NCBI GenBank assembly: GCA_002633005.1
Contig: NMRA01000536.1
Location: 199,826 to 263,825 of the forward strand
DNA length: 64,000 nucleotides
Reading direction: 5' to 3'
Source of the DNA: Phoronis australis
Taxonomy: Eukaryota > Animalia > Phoronida
A program made the position numbers and the translations under genes. Under the pieces are notes generated by a model, which saw only the letters and a program-made list of their open reading frames with translations, was not told the DNA's origin and ran no database searches. This document shows, piece after piece, positions 1-10,644 of this stretch (position 1 is the stretch's first letter; the number at the start of each line of letters is the position of its first letter).

Positions 1-6
1 GGCAAG

Positions 7-1430
7 GTTATTATTTCGTCTACATTTTCTTACTTGGTACAGCGTACCCACGTTAACCGCGACTACACAAGTCAACACAAGCGTACACAGTAAACGCTCA
101 ATTAGCGGATGTATTAACCGCTATCTACCATGTGAATATCTGCATTCGCTTTTTTGAACTATAAGCACTGTCAAGTACATGTCATCTTAAATAATGTTTT
201 TGCTATAACAAAGGTATCTTTTGTCAGATCTGTGTTGTATATAAGCCTGCTATGAAACAATCACAATGCGTGGCTGCCTCCATACATATTCCAGAGATGG
301 TTCTCCCACTCCATCACATTGTTAGTGTGTATGGCTAGTGTCGGGATCACTGTCTCTTTTTACTGTATGTGTTAACTTTGAACTACTTGTGCACGTGTCC
401 ATGTAATTATATATATACTGATTTGTATGGTTTGTCATTTGTAGCTCAGGAGTAAGTTACCCTAGAAAAATGTCAGCATTTAGCTTATTTTTCATTGATT
501 CCTTTCTCGTAGATGGCTGATCGGATTCAAACAAAACTTTCAAATACTATCAGTTGAGCATTGTTACACAATGCGCCTTTGGGGATGTTTTCTTTAAATG
601 CCTCACTTTTGCATTGGGTGGTATATAACAAGATACTTTTATGAAAATCAAAATCCACAAACGGAAAACTAAAACACTATTCAGGAATTGTAACCTACAG
701 CTTTTTGAGATGCCATTGTTTTGTTATGAACATATTTTTCTTTTGTGGAAAAAAAGTCATGGTCGTGTTAATCAATTAATGACATTTTGGTACCAGGTAA
801 AATATTTTTACGCGCTTTCTTCTCTTACGAAGTTCATTGTTAAATTTTGTAGGAATTTGGATAAATGCACAAGTGGAAAATGTTATTGATAACCCTAATA
901 TAATATTTTGCCATGGAGGAATGTGAAAATATGTCCCAGAATTTAACGTTTCGTTGATTTCTCGACCAAGTAATGTTATCTGGTGCGTCTACTTATAGGC
1001 ATTACTTACAAAGTAAACAAAAAGTCTCATTTTCTCTGAAAATCGTGCCGGATTTCAGAACTCTAAAAAAACGAAGCAAATTCCTGTATGGAAATTGAAA
1101 GACAACTACTCCGAATGTCGTTTCACACTCAATATGAAGAGAATGTCCTGATTTGTTCCAGTCAGTGCTGATGTGTTATCAATCCAGAGGAGAGGGCTTA
1201 CCGTCAAACAAATGTGTCCCAAAGTCGAACACCGCATGTAGACAATACTACTGCTACACAGGATGGGCAAACCCGAATAATGGTGTACATCGAAGGTGTC
1301 CCAGTGGTCAAAGTTTTGACCTGAATACGTGTTCATGCACAACAGCTACGGTTCAGTGTAGAAGCTAGCTTGCGCGGGGCTTAGCATAATTTGACGATTT
1401 CACGGATTTTGATTCACCGAGAATAAACCA
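7..1430 (+). repeat. Tandem gene duplication unit (intron + terminal exon + 3' UTR), paralogous to ~7532-9275
   Basis: gttattatttcgtctacattttcttacttggtacagcgtacccacg at 7 and 7532; collinear through to gatttcac(g/a)gatttt...caccgagaataaa at ~1396-1427 and ~9244-9274. Confidence 0.95.
1162..1368 (+). CDS. Terminal coding exon of secreted 8-Cys peptide, copy A (CBM14/peritrophin-A-like); signal-peptide exon lies upstream of the window
   Basis: Acceptor tttgttccag ends 1161. Phase-0 frame SVLMCYQSRGEGLPSNKCVPKSNTACRQYYCYTGWANPNNGVHRRCPSGQSFDLNTCSCTTATVQCRS*. AATAAA at 1422-1427. The C..YYC and CPxGxxFD..C.C motifs resemble ChtBD2. Paralogous exons at 8665 and 9010 keep the same Cys spacing. Confidence 0.85.
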   Translation, partial: SVLMCYQSRGEGLPSNKCVPKSNTACRQYYCYTGWANPNNGVHRRCPSGQSFDLNTCSCTTATVQCRS

Positions 1431-2017
1431 GCAAATGNCATTGTATGTTGTTCATGTGAAGGTTGTGATATTAAACCTTTATCAAGTTCCAATTGGTTAA
1501 CAATGTTGTTTTTTGGTAGGAGTTCAGAATATAGTAGTATGTTTTCTGGAGGCTCTGCTAAAAAATTTTTCTTTTGCTCTTTTTTAGCAATTTTCAGCGT
1601 AATGTCACAATATTTATCATTTTTCTTGTCCAGTAGCTTCAAATGAATAAAGCCCAATCAAATTATCATTCAGTTTGGGTCTAGGGTTGTTGGTTTTTAA
1701 AGATTGGTTTTCAATGCAAAATTTTGCGAAAAGTCAGATTTCTCGAAAACGTGCAAGTCAAACCTTGGGAACTTTTTAGATTCTTAAAGTATAGTACTAA
1801 ATGACCTTAAAAACACAAAAATTTTCTTTCCCCCGAAAAGTACCCACAGGAGTGATTTTCTAGACTTCCTAGAGTGGAATGGACTATGGCCTACCATAAG
1901 TTAAAAACAAATTAACTCTTTGATTTATCCAATGCAATAAGAAAGACCAAAAAGACTGCACACATTTAAATGACTAACAGAAATGAACAATTGCCTGTGG
2001 TCTGTCATGAATATTGT

Positions 2018-2536
2018 TGTTAGGTATGTTAGGTATTCCCGCTAGGGGACAGTTTTGAGTTTTATCAAGGAGTTCTAGTTGGTCGCCGATAGTGAGCAGA
2101 CGCGTGTCATGATTTATCTGAACACTGAGGCTGGACTTTATGTTTTCTTCATACTTTCTAAATATAACGCTATTTGTTTATGTGGTGAGCCTTTGCTACG
2201 GTGCGGACAGCAGCGTCTTGTGTATGGAACTTGACTGTATTATTTTGGTGGCCTTATGGAGTCAACGGAACACATGAGGACGCCTTGGTGATGAAGACTG
2301 AAGATGCCGCAAGTTTCAAGTTTTGGACTGTTGGTACTGACGTTCGTCCCTCTCTTCGTCCCATGTTTCACGTAACTTGATATCATGCTTGTAAATATGT
2401 AAATAGATATTAATTTAGATCGGGATAACTAAAAAGTGGTTCTTTTCGTTTGTATTACCGTAACAATTGTTATTTTCCAGAGTCCAATTTCTTGAGTAAC
2501 GTAAGTGTGTTCCATTGTCTCTTGTTTACGCTAACA
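2018..2536. mobile_element. Possible solo LTR
   Basis: About 0.5 kb block starting TGTTAG and ending CTAACA (TG...CA with a 6-bp inverted end), apparently more CpG-rich than its flanks. No TSD found. Confidence 0.3.
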
Positions 2537-2874
2537 CACATCGCATGCATCGGGATCACTAATTTTTACTTTCTGAAGAAATGAGTTTAGTTATAACGAA
2601 ACTATGAAAAGACCTACATTGCAAGCTATGTAAGGATCTATCCACAATACATTTCAAACCTACACAATAAATCTTTGCTCATTTTTATCTATCAGAAAGC
2701 ATTTATCTACAAATTTCGGATAGGTAGTTGTAGTAATTAGTTTATCACATTTTTAAATATCGCTGCATCCTGAATTTTTACTAAAGAACTGTATCAAACA
2801 ACACCAAAGGTCCAATTCATGTATAATTTTAGACGAATGCTTGACTAAGTTCTTCATGCAACTATGAGAGATCC

Positions 2875-3370
2875 ATATTCTAAAATCTTTGTCTTAATAG
2901 GTAGAAATCTTTTGAATCATTAAAATCATCTCCCTGATGGTTTAATTAGTCATTTAGGTAATGCCTGTTCTTTAGTTCCTTTTTTGTGTTACTATAACAC
3001 CCTGTTATTTTTCGCATTTTGGTAACACTCTTGGTTTATATCATTAAAAAATATTTTTAAATCTGTCATTTATGCGAAAAGATAACTATTTAAGAATTTC
3101 GTTATTTATCTTTTGATTGTCGTATAATCGCACACCATCAAGGCTTTCTAATAATATGACTCTCATGCAATTCGGTTGCAAAACGGCAGAGTTGCTAAAA
3201 GTTGTATTGACAGTAAGTTACATAGCAAGAACGATTACCGGAACAAACAAATGTAAACAAATGCCTCGCATGTGTCATTGAATCAGCCTTCACCGCAAAC
3301 CAAAAAGGTCACGAAGTTACCGGTAACTTGTCCAATGCAAGTACGGAAAACTTGCGTGAGTTGTGCTTTC
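2875..3370 (+). repeat. Downstream flank of the duplication unit, paralogous to ~11115-11950
   Basis: Shared strings: gaaatcttttgaatcattaaaatcatctccctg; caccatcaaggctttctaataatatgactctcatgcaattcggttgcaaaacggca; cagccttcaccgcaaaccaaaaa. Confidence 0.9.
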
Positions 3371-3505
3371 AGTCTGTTTGTGATCATAACTCCATGTAAT
3401 TATTTCTGAAAAATAATTAAAAACCACCTTCAGCAAAAGAACAGTTTATATACCCATAACTACTACTTACTAAGAAATTTGTACACATTATTTCCAGGCA
3501 GTGAT

Positions 3506-3565
3506 GTGACTTTTAACAATTGAGAAATAAGAATTAAAATTCTTATTTCTCAACTGTTAAGTCAC
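3506..3565. repeat. Near-perfect palindrome (23-bp arms, 2-nt loop)
   Basis: ttaacaattgagaaataagaatt (3513-3535) pairs with aattcttatttctcaactgttaa (3538-3560) with 1 mismatch; extended by gtgac/gtcac. Confidence 0.9.
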
Positions 3566-4801
3566 TTTTCATGAAACATACCGCTGGAGTCTGTAGTCAA
3601 CAGTGGGACAGACTTACAATTGCAACTTCTCTATTTATTTATCTATTCATATTGATACTAAACCTACATTTTGTATAAAACATGGATGAAAAGGGGGTTT
3701 CGTATTGTAGAGGCTTTGATCCATTATTCTGGAAGACTTTTTTAATGTTTATTACGAAATCTTCGATACAATGAATAAACATAACCCAGAAAGCGCCAAG
3801 AGGCATTACATGTGGGTTAAACAAATACAAAGAAAGCTATATACCCTTATCATACACAAATACATCAATTAAAAAACTGATGTTAAGATTACAATGACAT
3901 ATGATTACGAGTGTAAATAAATAGTTCTCATGCTCTACCCTTTATATGCACATGTTATGATTAAAGCTGCTTAGTATTGTAGTCTTTCTAGTTGATGAAG
4001 TATGCCAGCGTTTGCCGATTTGTAGATTATGTCACAGTAATCTAGATGTGGAAGTACTAAAGATTTGAACAGAGTTTCAAGATGCATGGAGTTGAGATGA
4101 CGAGAGGCAATTCTAATTGGATTATTTTTTGTACTTTATGAACGAGTTCGCGACAGTGAGGAGTAAATGTAAGCTTATGGTCTAGTAGCAAGCCAACGTG
4201 TTTGTGTGTGAGCTTATTGGGAATAACTTCCCCATTAAGTGATAATTCCAGCTATGCATTTGTTTGGAAATTAGTATTATTAGACTTAGAAAATATAAGG
4301 TCAACACTTTTTTCAGGTTTAGATTTCATCTTCCATTTGTAAGACTAGTCATAGAGTTTGTTTAGGTCAGTTTGCAGTTGTAAGGAGTCATGGGGATTCT
4401 CTTTTGAGGATGTAAAAAGAGTAAGGGGCCAAGTACGCTACCCTTATTGGCTGACATGGATTTTGTACTCGTGGAAGATTTTGTTTATACGTTTTACAGA
4501 ATATTTAGTGGCCTAATAGTAACCAAAAAGTAAAGAAGAGGTTTGATTCTCAGCGAATTATAGGCTATCAACACTATCTCATATTCATCAATCTATTAGT
4601 TACTTTGATTGTGGTAATTAGGTCACGGCAATTCGCTAATAGGCGGCGTGCAGACTAGGCCTAAAAATGTTTGCAATCTATTACTTAGTCACAAAAAGGT
4701 TAATGATTTTTTTGATTTTTTTCGATAACGCATAGCTTCAACCTTCTCAAGAGATCAAATGGAATTGGTGTTCAAATCTGAGAGCAAGAAGCGTAAATAA
4801 C

Positions 4802-4990
4802 TTGATAATTGCATTTGTAATTGTTTATCTAGAAACTCAAATGAAATGGTTTCAATTTAGATTGCTTCACAATCTTATTGCAACAAAGTTTTTTCGAGAA
4901 AATGGCATAGCCGATTGCGGTCTTTTTATTTTTTATAAATTCCATGGGACTGTCAGAGATTTGCAATATTGTAAAACATTTATGGATTAG
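4802..4990 (+). mobile_element. Degenerate LINE (L1/Tx1-like) ORF2 C-terminal zf-RVT fragment
   Basis: ETQMKWFQFRLLHNLIATKFFRENGIADCGL matches the typical TKLRWFQFRILHRILPTN..L.K.GI..S.LC motif; the zinc-finger Cys residues have decayed. Confidence 0.7.
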
Positions 4991-5729
4991 CTGATCCCGT
5001 TGGCTAAATCAAGATTTTAATGGTGCTGTAACACCCGTACAGAATGTTGATATATGTGTGTTTTGCTTTGAAGTAAAAATATATTAGGGCAAACATTTAG
5101 TGTAGTTTAAAACGCAAATTTTGGCAAGCAGTCGCCTTCATTGAATCCAAATGTGCCGTAATTGTGTAAAACTGAGTTAGAAATTGGTAGTTCATCGTTT
5201 TTCAGGACGGCATAGAAATGGGTTACATTTTAAATTGGGCATAGGAATGATAGTAAAAAGGCATTAAAAAGACGACGAACCCCTAAAATCTCCATTAGTC
5301 GAGGCTAGACCTGTCGTCCTTGCGGACTCATTGCCAAAAGACAGGGGTTCCAATGAAGGAGGCCGCAAGCACGACACGTCTGTTTTACCGGTGTGTTGTC
5401 CTTTTTACTATGTTTTTAATGTTTTGTAACCGGTAACCGTATTTTAGTATTTCAGGCCCGTAGCCAGCATTTCGTGGGGGGAGGGGTTCAAAATTCTACA
5501 AGGAGAATGTCTTGACGAAATTTTTTATCTGGTTGTATTTCACGTGTTACTTAAATTGTAAGGGTTACATCGCTGGAAATGGGAACAGCCTACTATTCGA
5601 AAGGTTCACTACTCCGAAGGTGCAAATTCGAAAGTTCGCTACCCTGAAAATATTTAACATCTCGGACTCAGGTGTATTTTTACATGCAAAAATAAACGAT
5701 ACGTCTGTTATTAGAAGCAGTGTGCCTAT

Positions 5730-5966
5730 ACCGAAACAACGCCTGGGTAAAGCAATTTGTTTGGATTTCATGCGTATGCAAAATTACCCGCATGTCTGAC
5801 GAATACCGAAAAATGAGTACGTAGTTGCATTTTAAAAGAACATGAATATTGAAGAATTATCAACCACCATACATTCATTAAATCCATGTCAAGATCGCAA
5901 CATTTCACAGCAAGACGCCTGGGTACCAAAGCACTTTGTTTTTGGATGTCATGCGCATGCGAAATT
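5730..5966 (+). repeat. ~175-bp degenerate tandem repeat; a second locus with ~2 units lies at ~12285-12640
   Basis: Unit acgcctgggta(cc)aaagca...ggat(t/g)tcatgcg.atgc.aaatt...aaatccatgtcaagatcgca recurs at ~5736, ~5912, ~12287 and ~12455. Confidence 0.8.
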
Positions 5967-6130
5967 GACCTATCGCCAGGATTATGATTAACGGCTTAAC
6001 CGACCAATCAGAACGCAGTATTCTTCACACGCCTTCGTCTGCGTTTCCAAGCCGCCATTTTACCCGACAAACGACACATTGTCGTGTAAAACTTATTTTA
6101 GCGTATAGCTCAAGAAATTGTGTGATAAGA

Positions 6131-6205
6131 ATGGTGAAACGGTGTTTGTATGGCGTGTGTAATTCCGAGAGCCGTTATGCAGCTCATTTATTGGACATCT
6201 CCTAA
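6131..6205 (+). mobile_element. Truncated THAP-like zinc-finger N-terminus; DNA transposon relic
   Basis: MVKRCLYGVCNSESRY resembles the MVxxCxxGxCNS N-terminus of transposon-associated THAP proteins. The frame stops at 6205, next to the contig join at 6241. Confidence 0.5.
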
Positions 6206-6637
6206 GTCAAGAAGTAATGTCGAAAGTATCAAACTGTGTGNAAATGAATTCCTCTTAGGCAGTGTTAGTAAATTATTGTGAATCGCTTATAAATCGGGTT
6301 GCTTCTGATTTCCATCAGTACATGTTTTTGATTTTAATGTGTTTATAATAGCATATCTAAATATCTGAATACTTATACTAGATACTATTTACATGTTTAT
6401 AGTTCTATGTATACTACTTTCATCTATGTACTGTCTACAACCAAGATATAATGCTTTGCGAATTCTGGGTTCGTCATTACTTTCCACGTATGTTCTGTGT
6501 ATTCTTCAATGAACATATATCTCTTTCAAAAATTGTCCCGCATGCACCAACTGTTTCAGTTTTAGTGCTAAGCACTTTAGACTAATAAAATTCACAAGTG
6601 CTGGTATCGCTGGCCATGAATCACACGCCTGGAAAAG

Positions 6638-6718
6638 TATAAACATGTTCAATGTTCGACACACACAGCACATCTGAAGAGTAATTAACAAGTCCTGATC
6701 GCATCGTAAACATCAGTG
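6638..6718 (+). promoter_or_regulatory. TATA box and short non-coding first exon of 8-Cys peptide gene B
   Basis: TATAAA at 6638-6643; canonical donor G|gtaagt at 6719; the matching acceptor ttacag (7401-7406) precedes the ATG exon. Confidence 0.55.
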
Positions 6719-7413
6719 GTAAGTATCCTTTGCCTTGTGGATATATTTGTATGAATAGAAAAGGCGTTGCCTACGACTCGAAACGTAGAGAAATAAATGG
6801 TTTCGAGTTATGTATTGCTAGCATTTCACATTAATTTGTTTTGGTAAGGGCATCAACGCTGTTTCACACTGTAAATCGGGTAACTTAAGTGTTATTGCAA
6901 TTCTGCGTTGTTGGCTATAAAATCAAAGCCAACAACAAAAAAGCGTGGTAGTTCAAGTCTGTACTACGACCCTTTCGAGGTCTTACCGGCAAACAGCGCC
7001 AACTCGCATCAATTTGAGCCACGATATCATGCACTTTTGGAAAAGCTTCCCAAGTAAGGTTTAAAATGCTATGATTTGTTAAGCGATGAGTGAAAAAATC
7101 ATCTGCATTATTTTACTCGTCTCGGATGGATCTTTATTCTTGAAAAAGTAAGCAACTTGAAACAACATCGCAGCATCGCCTTAATTTTCAACAAAAACAC
7201 ATAACCACTCATGTTTTTGCTTATCTCAGGCAGGTTATAAACTACCTACTTCATTCTTTGCAACGCACGCAAAACATGCTCTACGTTGTTGTCATCGCAA
7301 TAGATTTTTTCACAAGTATATTTTTAAATATTTTTATTTGTTACTGAACTATGTCAATAGTGCTGTTCCAACGAAGCTAGCTTCAGTAAGAAACTTTATG
7401 TTACAGAGTCAAA

Positions 7414-7476
7414 ATGAAGGCAGCAGCAGTAGTTGTGTTTCTGGCTATAATCGCTATGGCGTGGGCTCAGTTGCCG
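7414..7476 (+). CDS. Signal-peptide exon of 8-Cys peptide gene B
   Basis: aaaATG MKAAAVVVFLAIIAMAWAQLP, a classical signal peptide with an A-W-A cleavage motif. Donor CCG|gtaagt at 7477 is phase 0, compatible with the exons at 8665 and 9010. Confidence 0.9.
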
Positions 7477-8664
7477 GTAAGTACGTTTGTAAACGACACC
7501 AGATGCAGCAGTTCAATGACAAGACGGAACAGTTATTATTTCGTCTACATTTTCTTACTTGGTACAGCGTACCCACGTTAACCGTGACTACACAAGTCAA
7601 CACAAGCGTACACAGTAAACGCTCAATTATCGGATGTATTAACCGCTATCTACCATGTGAATATCTGCATTAACACTTTTGAACTATAAGCACTGTCAAG
7701 TACTTGTCTTCTTAATTAATGTTTTTTTGCTATAACAAAGGTACATTTTGTCAGATCTGTGTTGCTATGACTGCCTCCATACATATTCCAGAGATTGTTC
7801 TCCCACTCCATCACATTGTTAGTGTAAATAGCTAGTGTCGGGGTCACTGTCTCTTTTTACTGTATGTGTTAACTTTGAACTACTTGTGCACGTGTCCATG
7901 TAATTATATATATATACTGATTTGTATGGTTTGTCATTTGTAGCTCAGGAGTAAGTTACCCTAGAAAAATGTCAGCATTTAGCTTATTTTTCATCGATTC
8001 CTTTCTCGGAGGTTACTGATCGGATTCAAACAAAACTTTCAAATACTATCAGTTGAGCATTGTTACGCAATGCGCCTTTGGGGATGTTTTCTTTAAATGT
8101 CTCACTTTTGCAAGATACTTTTATGAAAATCAAAATCCACAAACGTAAAACTAAAACACTATTCAGGAATTGTAACCTACAGCTTTTTGAGATGCCATTG
8201 TTTTTATGAACATATTTTTCTTTTGTGGCTAATTTTGCTAAAAAGATATGGTCTGTCACTCAATCAATGACATTTTGGTACCAGGTAAAATTTCATTTTA
8301 CACGCTTTCTTCCCTTACGACGTTCCTAGTTAAAATTTTGTAGGAATATGGATAAATGCACAAGTGGTAATGTTATTGATAACCCTAATAAATTATTTTG
8401 CCTTAGGGGAATGTGTAAATATATCTCAGAAGTTAACGTTATTTTGATTTATCGGCCGAATAATGTTATCTGGTGCTTGTACTTATAAGCATTTACTGAT
8501 AAAGTAAATGAAAAGTCTCCTTTTCTCTGCAAATAGTGCCGAGTTTCAGAATTCTAAAAAAGCGGAAGCCAACTCTCATAGCGAAATTGAAAGACAGCTA
8601 CCCCTAACAATAACCCATTGTCGTTCCATGCTCAATATGAAAAGAATGTCATGATTTATTCCAG

Positions 8665-8798
8665 CCACTGTATGGGTGTTATCGTCCCAAAGGAGAAGGC
8701 CAACCTCCAGACACGTGTGTCAGGGTGAAGGACCCCACATGTAAAAAATACTACTGCTACAGTAACTGGGAATTACCGGAATTTGGCGAACACAAAAC
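8665..8798 (+). CDS. 8-Cys peptide mature exon, copy B1 (truncated by contig join n8799)
   Basis: Acceptor tttattccag; PLYGCYRPKGEGQPPDTCVRVKDPTCKKYYCYSNWELPEFGEHK...; not in the ORF track. Confidence 0.8.
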
Positions 8799-9009
8799 NG
8801 CCGAATAATGTTATCTGGTGCTTGTACTTATAAGCATTTACTTATAAAGTAAATGAAAAGTCTCCTTTTCTCTGCATATAGTGCCGAGTTTCAGAATTCT
8901 AAAAAAGCGGAAGCCAACTCTCATAGCGAAATTGAAAGACAGCTACCCCTAACAATAACTCATTGTCGTTCCATGCTCAGTATGAAGAGAATGTCATGAT
9001 TTATTCCAG

Positions 9010-9219
9010 CAACTGTTTGCGTGTTCTCGTCCCAAAGGAGAAGGCCAACCTCCAGACACGTGTGTCAGGGTGATGGAGCCCACATGTAAAACATTCTACT
9101 GCTACAGTGAATGGGAATTTCCGGAAATTGCCGAACGGCAAACTTGTCCCAATGATCTAAGATTTGACTTGAATTCGTGTTCATGCTCAACAGCTTTATT
9201 TCTGTGTAATTTACCGTAA
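9010..9219 (+). CDS. 8-Cys peptide mature exon, copy B2 (complete; allele or paralog of B1)
   Basis: Acceptor tttattccag; QLFACSRPKGEGQPPDTCVRVMEPTCKTFYCYSEWEFPEIAERQTCPNDLRFDLNSCSCSTALFLCNLP*; AATAAA at 9269-9274; Cys at 5,18,26,31,46,57,59,66 as in copy A. Confidence 0.85.
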   Translation, partial: QLFACSRPKGEGQPPDTCVRVMEPTCKTFYCYSEWEFPEIAERQTCPNDLRFDLNSCSCSTALFLCNLP

Positions 9220-9477
9220 CATTTAACCGGACATAATTTGTCGATTTCACAGATTTTTATTCACCGAGAATAAAACCGGCACATTAAACAAACTAAAGAA
9301 AACTTGGTGTACCACCTAAATAATACAATATAAGGATATCATTGAAATTATAGCCATTACACTAGAAAAACTGTTCGTTGTTTCGCTACTTAAACTCTAA
9401 TGTACAGTTTAGTTAGGATCATTGACCTGAATCTGCTGAACAAAACAGCAATTCTAACTACGTGGAAGGACCGGTAA

Positions 9478-9736
9478 GAGTATCACGGTACGAGTATCAT
9501 GGTACGAGTATCACGGAACGAGTATCACGGTACGAGTATCACGGTACGAGTATCACGGTACGAGTATCACGGTACGAGTATCACGGTTCGAGTATCACGG
9601 TACGAGTATCACGGTACGAGTATCACGGTACGAGTATCACGGTACGAGTATCACGGTACGAGTATCACGGTACGAGTATCACGATACGAGTATCACGTTA
9701 CGAGTATCACGGTACGAGTATCACGGTACGAGTATC
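9478..9736. repeat. Minisatellite, 14-bp unit GAGTATCACGGTAC, ~18 copies
   Basis: Directly visible, with a few single-base variants and no spacers. Confidence 0.98.
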
Positions 9737-9758
9737 AAATCTCGTATTTTTGTACAAT

Positions 9759-10433
9759 GGGGCTATTCGGAGAATTCTCCTCGCGGTGTCGCTGCTGTAC
9801 TAGTGGTGATTAAATTGCGCATGCGTGGCTGTCTGCATGTAAACAACTGGTAAAAGATGGAATTTTTATCAAAATACGTCGTCGCGCTAAGCCTTATTAC
9901 TGCTAATTTCCCTGGTGCAAGTCTTCGACAGNNNNNNNNNNNNNNNNNNNNNNNNNNNNNNNNNNNNNNNNNNNNNNNNNNNNNNNNNNNNNNNNNNNNN
10001 NNNNNNNNNNNNNNNNNNNNNNNNNNNNNNNNNNNNNNNNNNNNNNNNNNNNNNNNNNNNNNNNNNNNNNNNNNNNNNNNNNNNNNNNNNNNNNNNNNNN
10101 NNNNNNNNNNNNNNNNNNNNNNNNNNNNNNNNNNNNNNNNNNNNNNNNNNNNNNNNNNNNNNNNNNNNNNNNNNTCGGCGAGTGCCTCAGTTAACAGGCA
10201 TCGGTAGAATAATCATGGAATAATCGTAAAAATAATCACAAACCTTACCTTTGTATGAGGTCGTGCTTACTTCCTCTCATAGAAGCACCCTTTTTACGCA
10301 ATCTCAGATTCAGTTGGCACGGCTGCAAGCCATTTCACCATGTATTTAAAGGGGTCGCGAAATCGAGGCTGTTAATCTATCACCACTAGTACACGCACGC
10401 CCTCTAGTTATTGTAGATTTTCCGAATAGCCCC
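9759..10433. mobile_element. Non-autonomous DNA transposon (ISL2EU/PHIS-like) spanning the N-gap
   Basis: TIR GGGGCTATTCGGA / TCCGAATAGCCCC flanked by AT on both sides (empty site caattg). Internal inverted motif gtactagtggtgat (9797) / atcaccactagtac (10379). The AT TSD suggests ISL2EU (inference). Confidence 0.75.
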
Positions 10434-10439
10434 ATTGAG

Positions 10440-10644
10440 ACACTCAGCTACATTTCCATCACGCTTTACACAAAAATATTTTAAATAGAGTATTTTATAC
10501 CACACTATTAGCCTCGAATGGCAGATACAACCGTGTAATAACCCATAAAGTTATCTCACTGGTGAGATAACATTTTTGCGGGAAACCGAGGCCGGATTCG
10601 AAACCTGGCGAGTCGCCGACTTTACCACTACGCCACTCTGCGGC
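10440..10644 (-). mobile_element. tRNA-derived SINE
   Basis: Minus-strand head gccgcagagTGGCGTAGTGGtaaagtcggcgactcgccaGGTTTCGAATCCggcc carries pol III A and B boxes but no intact anticodon arm. Body palindrome gttatctcactggtgagataac. The 3' end abuts the TIR element. Confidence 0.6.

Noticed and set aside
7338-7673. 111-aa ORF from the track
   Set aside because: Overlaps the real signal-peptide exon in another frame and runs through intron sequence.
9478-9736. CRISPR-like array or repetitive protein (VRVSRYEYHGTSIT ORFs)
   Set aside because: Head-to-tail 14-mers with no spacers in eukaryotic DNA; the ORFs arise only because the unit lacks stop codons.
10575-10644. tRNA gene on the minus strand
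   Set aside because: A and B boxes are present but the anticodon region is too short and there is no proper acceptor stem; better read as a SINE head.
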